A stretch of DNA of 62,269 nt. Source: a virus (taxonomy: Duplodnaviria; Caudoviricetes). Position numbers and translations under genes: made by a program. How positions within the stretch are numbered: the stretch's first letter is position 1; the number at the start of each line of letters is the position of its first letter. Under the pieces are notes generated by a model, which saw only the letters and a list, made by a program, of their open reading frames with translations, did no database searches and was not told the DNA's origin. The stretch lies in IMG/VR virus record IMGVR_UViG_3300032332_001372, positions 1-62,269 of that record; one strand, 5' to 3'. Of this stretch, positions 9,174 through 16,520 are shown piece by piece.

Positions 9174-9470
9174 ATGGGTTTAATGGATTTCGTAGATAAG
9201 GCGCCTTGCGCTGTATCTGACCCATGGCTATTTGACCAAACAACAGTTGATTTAGCCCAACCAGGATTATCTTATTGCGCTCGCTGTAAGTTTTGGCAAG
9301 AGTGTGATGATTTGGTCCTTCCAAGAAAAAGTCATTATGATGGAATTGCCGCAGGAAAAATGTGGCGTAATGGAAAAGTTTTGGCTAAGTTAGACCCTGA
9401 TATTCCTAACCGACTAATCGTAGGTGAGGAAGAAGAAATAGAAGAACCCAGCCTGACCCAACAAGAATAG
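9174..9470 (+). CDS. whiB: WhiB-family Fe-S transcription factor
   Basis: APC...DPWLF...YCARC.FWQEC...DGIAAG: four Cys plus G[IV]WGG-like turn. Confidence 0.8.
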   Translation: MGLMDFVDKAPCAVSDPWLFDQTTVDLAQPGLSYCARCKFWQECDDLVLPRKSHYDGIAAGKMWRNGKVLAKLDPDIPNRLIVGEEEEIEEPSLTQQE

Positions 9471-9480
9471 GATAAATAAA

Positions 9481-9924
9481 ATGACAACACTTACAATCAC
9501 AGGCAATCTTACAAATGACCCTGAACTTCGCTTTATCCCTAGCGGAAAAGCATTAGCAACTTTTACGGTTGTATCATCAAAATCAACAAAACTTCCAGAT
9601 GGAACCTGGGAAAACACAGATACGACTTTTTGGGAAGTTAAATGCTGGGGCAAGACCGCAGAAAATGTTGCCGAATCTTTGACTAAGGGAATGTCAGTAA
9701 TTGTGTCAGGTTCAGCAGTTCAAGAAAACTGGGAAGATAAAAATACAGGTCAAAAGCGTTCAAAGATTTCAGTTACAGCGTGGAGTGTTGGACCTGATTT
9801 AAAGCGTCATTCAGCCAAGATAAGCGTCCTTACAAGCCCGCAATACAAGGCTGTTAGCCCTTCAGACGCACCTGACCCATGGAGCGTCCCGTTTGGCGCC
9901 CAAGATGATGTTGCGCCTTTTTAA
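9481..9924 (+). CDS. ssb: Single-stranded DNA-binding protein
   Basis: ITGNLTNDPELRFIPSG, AENVAESL.KG, acidic DDVAPF tail. Confidence 0.95.
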   Translation: MTTLTITGNLTNDPELRFIPSGKALATFTVVSSKSTKLPDGTWENTDTTFWEVKCWGKTAENVAESLTKGMSVIVSGSAVQENWEDKNTGQKRSKISVTAWSVGPDLKRHSAKISVLTSPQYKAVSPSDAPDPWSVPFGAQDDVAPF

Positions 9925-9975
9925 CCCGTATGTAGTATAGTTGGGTTAATAATTTCCTTATGAAAGGGGAAAATA

Positions 9976-10275
9976 ATGGCTTGGACTGATTACTTTGTTA
10001 ATTCAATCCCTGGCGCAAAAGTAGTTGCATCAGCAGATGCAAAACCATATGTTTCTCACGAAATTGCTCTTCGAGAGTATGTTGAGATTGAATTAAACAT
10101 TCAAAACGAAGCATTGCCATTTCATATTTTCTTCCGTCGCTTTGATGCTATCGGTGGAGAATTGGAAAATCGTTTATTTGCACAAATGGGCGAAAAAACA
10201 TTGGCTCTCAAATCTGTCAAAGAATTAACTGCAATGCGGCTTAATTCTATGGAATTTGTCCTAGACGGAGAATAA
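9976..10275 (+). CDS. Hypothetical protein
   Basis: 99 aa ORF with RBS. Confidence 0.7.
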   Translation: MAWTDYFVNSIPGAKVVASADAKPYVSHEIALREYVEIELNIQNEALPFHIFFRRFDAIGGELENRLFAQMGEKTLALKSVKELTAMRLNSMEFVLDGE

Positions 10276-10309
10276 AAGGGCAAAATTCACATAACGCTAT
10301 AATCGTTCG

Positions 10310-10462
10310 ATGGACGATTACTCAGCCTCGGTTGATGGCGTCGTGTCTGTTCTTGGTTCGTTTGCTATCCAGACCCATGAAGTATTTAAGGAACTGGTCA
10401 AAGCAGGGTTCAATGAAGAACAGGCTATTAAAATTTGTGTTGGATTAGCCACTAAAGATTAA
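10310..10462 (+). CDS. Small hypothetical protein (50 aa, ...ELVKAGFNEEQA...)
   Basis: Read manually; TATAAT 6 nt before ATG. Confidence 0.65.
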   Translation: MDDYSASVDGVVSVLGSFAIQTHEVFKELVKAGFNEEQAIKICVGLATKD

Positions 10463-10471
10463 CGGGGAACC

Positions 10472-11902
10472 ATGGCAGAGAAACTTGATTTAACGGAGTT
10501 TGGTTCGACGGGCTTGCGCCGTTCGGGTGGAACTGTCTATGAAGAATTTCTTACTAATCTTCGCGGTATCCGCGGCGCTAAGGTCTACCGCGAGATGGCA
10601 GATAACGACCCAGTAATTGGGTCAATGCTTTATGCAATTGAAAAAGTTATTACTCGCCTTGAATGGCGTATTGACCCATTTGAAGAAGATTTACAAGACG
10701 ATTCAGCATCCAATAAAGCCGATGAGGAAGTTGGAAAATTTATTGAAGAATGTCTGCACGATATGTCAGACTCATGGGACCAAACACTTTCAAGTATTTT
10801 AACTATGCTTATTTTTGGATATTCATATCACGAAATTGTTTATAAATATCGCGGTGGGCAAGATGCTAAAGATGGAACTCGCCGCTCAAAATATTCAGAT
10901 GGAAAAATTGGATGGCGCAAATTCCCTATTCGCGCTCAGGAAACTTTGTTCCGCTGGGATATTGATGAAACAGGCGGAATTAACGGAATGGTTCAAGTGG
11001 ACCCTTCAGGCGGCGGAGTTCATTACATCCCAATTGAAAAGGCTATGTTATTCCGCACTAGCGTTAATAAAAATAACCCAGAAGGTCGCTCAATCCTGCG
11101 CAACGCTTACCGACCATGGTATTTTAAAAAGCGCATTGAAGAAATTGAAGCAATTGGTATTGAGCGCGACCTTGCAGGTTTGCCTGTAGCGTTTGTTCCG
11201 CCAGAGTATTTATCAGCGTCGGCTTCAGATGCTCAGAAGGCTGTTTTGGCTTCGGTTCAGCAAATTGTTACTTCTATTAAGCGTAATGAGCAAGAGGGTG
11301 TTGTATTCCCAACTCTCTATGATGAGCATGGAAATAAGCAGTTTGATTTAAACCTTTTATCTTCAGGTGGTTCACGCCAGTTTGATACGGATAAAATTAT
11401 TCAGCGTTACGACCAAAGAATGTCTATGTCTATCCTTTCAGATTTTATTCTTCTCGGTTCAGACAAAGTTGGTTCTTACGCACTTGGTTCAACAAAGATG
11501 GATTTGTGGTCAATGGCTGTAGATTCAATCGCCAAAAACATTGCTGAAGTAATCAATTCTTATGCAATCCCTCGTTTGATGAAGTTAAACGGTATGGATG
11601 TAAGCCGTTGCCCACAACTTAATTACGGCGAGATTAACCATGTTGATTTAACTGAAATTGGCAACTTTGTTACACAGTTGGCTCAGGCTGGAGTTCTTGT
11701 TCCTGACGCAAACCTTGAACACTACTTACGCGATTTGGCTGGATTGCCCGAAGCGGACCATAGCGGTGCAAGTTTTGGTGCGCCTCCTGCACCTGGTCAA
11801 GAACCAGGAGTTCCCGCTGATGCAAATACTGCGGGACAAACAGTTGCCGACCAAGTAAAACCAGTTGAGGGAACGGAACCGCTCCAAGGCGATACGGACT
11901 AG
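10472..11902 (+). CDS. Portal protein (DUF935/Mu gp29-like)
   Basis: 476 aa, first gene of head module; NPEGRSILRNAY, GSYALG motifs. Confidence 0.85.
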   Translation: MAEKLDLTEFGSTGLRRSGGTVYEEFLTNLRGIRGAKVYREMADNDPVIGSMLYAIEKVITRLEWRIDPFEEDLQDDSASNKADEEVGKFIEECLHDMSDSWDQTLSSILTMLIFGYSYHEIVYKYRGGQDAKDGTRRSKYSDGKIGWRKFPIRAQETLFRWDIDETGGINGMVQVDPSGGGVHYIPIEKAMLFRTSVNKNNPEGRSILRNAYRPWYFKKRIEEIEAIGIERDLAGLPVAFVPPEYLSASASDAQKAVLASVQQIVTSIKRNEQEGVVFPTLYDEHGNKQFDLNLLSSGGSRQFDTDKIIQRYDQRMSMSILSDFILLGSDKVGSYALGSTKMDLWSMAVDSIAKNIAEVINSYAIPRLMKLNGMDVSRCPQLNYGEINHVDLTEIGNFVTQLAQAGVLVPDANLEHYLRDLAGLPEADHSGASFGAPPAPGQEPGVPADANTAGQTVADQVKPVEGTEPLQGDTD

Positions 11903-11905
11903 ACC

Positions 11906-12919
11906 ATGGCACTTCGGTTTAGTAAAGCCAACTCAGGAAAAAAAGTTCCACTAACTGCCGAAGAGCAGGTAATGGCTCGCACCCTAATAGATGCTATCCG
12001 TCGAACAACAAACTCAATTTCTGTTCAAGAATTATCGCGCATTATTTCTCAACTAGACGCAGATACTTTAGCCCGCTTGCTTCAACAAATTTCTATAAGT
12101 GGGGATGCCGCCGCAATCAATAGAGCCTTAATGCAATCAGTAAGTTTTGGTGGAACGGATGCAATTCAACAGATTGCTCGCATTGCTCCAATTCTTGCTT
12201 TACCCGCATTTATGCCAACTAAAGTCCAGGTTCTTAATCCTGAATCTTTAGCCAATATGGACTTTACAAAAGTTCCTCGTTGGGCAAGTAATGCACCAGA
12301 TAAGATTAAATTTAATTTAAGTTTTAATAAAACAAACCCAAACTCTTTGGCTTTTGCCCAACGCCGCGCTGGTGAATTAGTGAGAAGTATTGATGAGGCA
12401 ACTCGTTTATCTATCCGAAACATTATTACCGATTCTTTTGCTAATCAAGTAAGCCCACAAATTACCGCTATGCGCATTAAGAATATTATTGGACTTCACC
12501 CTAGATGGGCTGAGGCAGTAGTTGAATTTGAAAAGCGTGAAACTGCTCGTTTAATTAAGGCTGGAGTTTCAGAATCAAAGGCTGTTAAAACCGCTCAAGG
12601 TTCTGCCTCTGCATACGCTGATAGATTAAAACAAGCCCGTGCTACCACCATCGCTCGAACAGAAATTCAGATAGCACAAAATGAGGGACGCTACGAAGGT
12701 TGGAAGCAAGCATCTGATGCTGGGTATGTAGACCCCGCTTCAACTAAAACTTGGATAATTGCTCAAGACGAACGCACCTGCGATATATGTGTTCCCCTTG
12801 ATGGTGAAACAGTTCCATGGAACGGAATTTTTTCAATTGGAGATGAAGTTCCTGGAAGAGTGCATCCTAATTGCCGCTGCACCATGCAAATTAACCCTCC
12901 CGAAATTGCATCATTATGA
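11906..12919 (+). CDS. MuF / SPP1 gp7-like head morphogenesis protein
   Basis: RATTIARTE...KTW...DERTCDIC...HPNCRC; directly after portal. Confidence 0.9.
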   Translation: MALRFSKANSGKKVPLTAEEQVMARTLIDAIRRTTNSISVQELSRIISQLDADTLARLLQQISISGDAAAINRALMQSVSFGGTDAIQQIARIAPILALPAFMPTKVQVLNPESLANMDFTKVPRWASNAPDKIKFNLSFNKTNPNSLAFAQRRAGELVRSIDEATRLSIRNIITDSFANQVSPQITAMRIKNIIGLHPRWAEAVVEFEKRETARLIKAGVSESKAVKTAQGSASAYADRLKQARATTIARTEIQIAQNEGRYEGWKQASDAGYVDPASTKTWIIAQDERTCDICVPLDGETVPWNGIFSIGDEVPGRVHPNCRCTMQINPPEIASL

Positions 12920-13668
12920 CCCAGATAATTTACTTTCAACCTGGATTAAAACCAGTTCTTAAACACCAAGTCCACGACCAAAAGACTCATGGCAACTGGG
13001 CTTTAAGTGAGAACTATCCAGATTTATTAACACTAGGCACATTTGAAGAAGAATTTGAATATGACCCAGCGCTAATGGTTTATAGCGAGCGCTATGGAGT
13101 AGACAAAGACGGCAAAATCGTTGGAGTTGAAACCTTTGAGCATGATGCTATTGATAGTTATTCTCAAGAGGGGTATAAAAATATAAACGCGTTTCTTCGC
13201 AACCCCAGAGGTTTTGAAGGTTCTTATGAAATAAAATTTCTTCAAGAAAAGGTTGATGGGTTAGATTCTTTGATTGATAAGGCTCCAGATATGTTCGGAG
13301 ATAAAACTTTATTTCGAGTCGTAGATAATTTTGTTTTAGCGCAGTTAGCCCCAGGCGACACTCTCAGAGATAAAGGTTATTTATCAACTACACGAATAGA
13401 TTTGACCAAAGATACGGATACTCGGGATGCGCTTGGCGAAATATATGACACACCTGATACCGTTGCTGTCATTCTTCCAAGCCCAACCAAAAGCGGTAAA
13501 GGAATTGCCGTAGACCTTTATCGAACCTCCGTCAATGATACGAGTTCCGTATCAGATAGAGAAAAGGAAGTTCTATTACCTCGCCAAACGGATTTGCTGT
13601 TTTTGGGATATAAAAGAGGTATAGGCTCTGAGGATAAGGTCGCAGTCTTTCAAAGGGTGGATAAATGA
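12916..13668 (+). CDS. VIP2/Alt-like ADP-ribosyltransferase with N-terminal HDQ tag
   Basis: YKNINAFLR, TLFR, GYLSTT, EKEVLLPR motifs. Confidence 0.85.
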   Translation: MTQIIYFQPGLKPVLKHQVHDQKTHGNWALSENYPDLLTLGTFEEEFEYDPALMVYSERYGVDKDGKIVGVETFEHDAIDSYSQEGYKNINAFLRNPRGFEGSYEIKFLQEKVDGLDSLIDKAPDMFGDKTLFRVVDNFVLAQLAPGDTLRDKGYLSTTRIDLTKDTDTRDALGEIYDTPDTVAVILPSPTKSGKGIAVDLYRTSVNDTSSVSDREKEVLLPRQTDLLFLGYKRGIGSEDKVAVFQRVDK

Positions 13669-16295
13669 GCAGATTTAAAACCGTTCTTGAGGATGTTGAG
13701 ATTATCCAAGCCGTTGAAAAACACGGCACTCACGACCAAAAAACCCATGGTAACTGGGCTACGGGTGGAACTCTTTATACAAGCATTATTGACCGCTTGG
13801 CTGCTAAAGATGTAACTGGATTTAGCCTGGATATTTCTAGCCGCAAACAGCCTACGAGCGGCTATATGGCTTCAAATGATGGCGCTGAAAAACCTATCGC
13901 TTACGACGAATTCTTTTCAAGCAGGGATAATGGGCGAAAAATTCTTTTGGACTACATAGAAAAGAACGCAGACGCCCTAAGCGAGCGCGGAGCATATTTT
14001 GGTATATGGGTTGTAAAAGACCAGGGAACCGTGTATCTTGATGTTTCTCGGCGCTACGATTCCAGAGGTGAAGGAGTCCGCGCTGGATTTAGCAATAAAC
14101 AACAATCAATTTACGACATCGACAATGATGCGTATATCTATATGAAGGACGAGGTAGATGACCGAACCAACAAAGCCGTTACTGGTGGAAGTTCCAATTC
14201 CAGTCAATCAGATGACGGACGAAGAAAAGAAAGCCTTCGCGGAGGAAATTCTCAACGCGATAGAAAAGAACCGCTAACAACTTTCCCTCATGTTTGCTTA
14301 GGCAGATATACGGCAGTTCTAAAACACCTTCAGGGTTTGCATGACCAGGCAACTCATGGCGCCTGGGCTAGTGGTCGTTATCCAGAAGATTCAGTCAAAG
14401 CCGCCCGTGATGGCGCCAAAGAATATCTTTTTCAAAAAGGTTTAAAAGGCGATGACACAATTGATTACACAAAAATTGTAGCCAACCGCGAACGGGCATC
14501 TAAAATAGCAGACCTTTACGAAAATCTTCCTAAAATGGACAGAGATGCAGTAGATGAGTATGAGGCGCTTGCATCCGAAGTAGAAGAACAATTTGATTAC
14601 ATGACAAAGACTTTAGGGGTCAAGGTTGAGTTCGTTGCTTCAGACCCTTATAAGACTTCAAAAGAAATGTTTGAAGATGTAAGCAAAGGCTCTCTAAAGG
14701 TTTTATCAACAGCCTCTACTGGCGCTCACCCATTATTTAGCGATGAACAAAATGACAAGTTTAGAGCAGTCCATGATTACTTTGGACACGCTGCTACAGG
14801 TCGAGGATTTGGGCAAGACGGAGAAGAGTCAGCCTGGGTCCACCATTCCCAAATGTTTACAGAAAAAGCGCGGGGTGCTTTAACAACCGAAACCCGCGGA
14901 CAGAATTCCTTTTTTAATAATAGGGGAAAACAATTTGCAGACCAAAAAGTTGCTTTGTTACCACCTGAGTTCTGGCAAGTTCCGAAAGTGTTTGTCAAAA
15001 TGCAAATAATTCGTTTTGCTCCAGGATTAAAACCAATTTTAAAACACCTTCCTGGACAGCACGACCAGTCCACTCACGGAGCATGGGCAACTGGCGGCTA
15101 CAGCGAAGAGCGTCAAGCGGGCATTGCTGCCATGGAAAGCATGGGACCCTCAAGAGAGGACTTGGATAATCTTTATGATGCACTTCAGTCAAGTTCAAGT
15201 GGTCCATCTTTAGATGAGATGAAAGCAATTGTTGAAAATGACAGAGGGCTTTACGAGCAAGCAACTGATGGAATTGATGAAAGAGTTGCCGAGCGACTTA
15301 GCAATTTACAAGAAGAATTTCCTAAACATGAATACACAGAACAAGAAAAATCGACAATTTATGACGATGTTCAAACAGAAATGATTGATGAGTTCATTAA
15401 TTCTGAATCAGACACAATTCATCAGATGTTTGAAGAGTCAAACGGCGGAAGCGACATGGATAAAATAGCAGAAATGCAAGGCTTTATGAATGAGGTTTAC
15501 GCCTATGAACATACTGGAACAAATGCCGCAGGAGAAGAAAACACATATTATTCCGAAGTAACAAACATGGAACCTAGTCCATTTATTCCTGGCGGAATTA
15601 AAATTTACGGCTCTGTTTATACAACAAACGGAGATATTGCTGGAGAATTTGAGCGCACCATGTATAAAGAAAATGGTGAGTGGATGGTTGAGCATGACAT
15701 ATTCCAAATGTTTGATGACCACAAGGGTTCAGGATTTGGAAAAGGTTTTATTGAACAACAAGAAAACTGGTATGTATCCCGAGGATTTGATTCAATTGTT
15801 GTAGGAACCGCATGGGACGGCGCCCGCCATTGGGCAAGAGCGGGCTATGACTGGAATCCAAAAGAAATGACACAAAATGTTACCCAACTAATGCAAAGAG
15901 TTAATCACGAACCAGGGTTTGAGGTTGGCACCCAAAATAGAACTGAATTTGAATCTTTGATGGGTCGCATGGTTGAAAATTACAAACCAGGAACAAATGA
16001 AAACGCTATGGCTGGAACAGGTCTTACATCAGCAAGAGAGTTAAAAGTTAAACCCATGACAAATAATGATTTTCCAATCCCCGCTGATTTTGCAAACCTT
16101 GGAATTGACCGCAAAACTAAAACAGGTAATTTTGTGGACTGGGCTGGAAAAGGGCTGACCGCTGGACTGCACATGAAATACAAGAAGGGCTTGACCGCCG
16201 AAGGTTTGACTATTGCAGAGGGACCAATTGACCGCGATGGCGATGGATTGGTTTATGACGGAACAGCCCGAGAAAAACCAGCCCCAAACAAATAA
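13665..16295 (+). CDS. Three-module polyprotein: unknown (possibly SAM-lyase-like) domain, HDxxGH metal-binding domain, GNAT acetyltransferase-like domain
   Basis: Three HDQ tags split the ORF; FRAVHDYFGH...GEE; HKGSGFG...GARHWARAGY. Confidence 0.75.
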   Translation: MSRFKTVLEDVEIIQAVEKHGTHDQKTHGNWATGGTLYTSIIDRLAAKDVTGFSLDISSRKQPTSGYMASNDGAEKPIAYDEFFSSRDNGRKILLDYIEKNADALSERGAYFGIWVVKDQGTVYLDVSRRYDSRGEGVRAGFSNKQQSIYDIDNDAYIYMKDEVDDRTNKAVTGGSSNSSQSDDGRRKESLRGGNSQRDRKEPLTTFPHVCLGRYTAVLKHLQGLHDQATHGAWASGRYPEDSVKAARDGAKEYLFQKGLKGDDTIDYTKIVANRERASKIADLYENLPKMDRDAVDEYEALASEVEEQFDYMTKTLGVKVEFVASDPYKTSKEMFEDVSKGSLKVLSTASTGAHPLFSDEQNDKFRAVHDYFGHAATGRGFGQDGEESAWVHHSQMFTEKARGALTTETRGQNSFFNNRGKQFADQKVALLPPEFWQVPKVFVKMQIIRFAPGLKPILKHLPGQHDQSTHGAWATGGYSEERQAGIAAMESMGPSREDLDNLYDALQSSSSGPSLDEMKAIVENDRGLYEQATDGIDERVAERLSNLQEEFPKHEYTEQEKSTIYDDVQTEMIDEFINSESDTIHQMFEESNGGSDMDKIAEMQGFMNEVYAYEHTGTNAAGEENTYYSEVTNMEPSPFIPGGIKIYGSVYTTNGDIAGEFERTMYKENGEWMVEHDIFQMFDDHKGSGFGKGFIEQQENWYVSRGFDSIVVGTAWDGARHWARAGYDWNPKEMTQNVTQLMQRVNHEPGFEVGTQNRTEFESLMGRMVENYKPGTNENAMAGTGLTSARELKVKPMTNNDFPIPADFANLGIDRKTKTGNFVDWAGKGLTAGLHMKYKKGLTAEGLTIAEGPIDRDGDGLVYDGTAREKPAPNK
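14158..14277 (+). CDS. 39 aa ORF nested in the +1 frame of the polyprotein linker (candidate immunity peptide)
   Basis: GAGGT RBS-like site just upstream; MTEPTKPLLVEVPIPVNQMTDEEKKAFAEEILNAIEKNR. Confidence 0.55.
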   Translation: MTEPTKPLLVEVPIPVNQMTDEEKKAFAEEILNAIEKNR

Positions 16296-16327
16296 ACCCT
16301 GGTATAATTAGTTATTAAGGAGGCATC

Positions 16328-16489
16328 ATGGATAGAGCAGAACGGTTAAAAAGAATTCAAGCCGCATATGCTGAATTTTCAACGGACTTAAAGTTTGTTG
16401 ATGAAACAGGCGGCTCCGATAAAGATGAATCCGAATTTATGACGCATTTAGCGGAGATGAAATTAACCTCGGTAGAGGAAACTAAATAA
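16328..16489 (+). CDS. 53 aa acidic protein (candidate immunity protein of the GNAT module)
   Basis: Read manually; AAGGAGG RBS, TATAAT and operator motif upstream. Confidence 0.75.
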   Translation: MDRAERLKRIQAAYAEFSTDLKFVDETGGSDKDESEFMTHLAEMKLTSVEETK

Positions 16490-16520
16490 GGGTTGTAATC
16501 CCATCCGCTATCCTTAGCAA

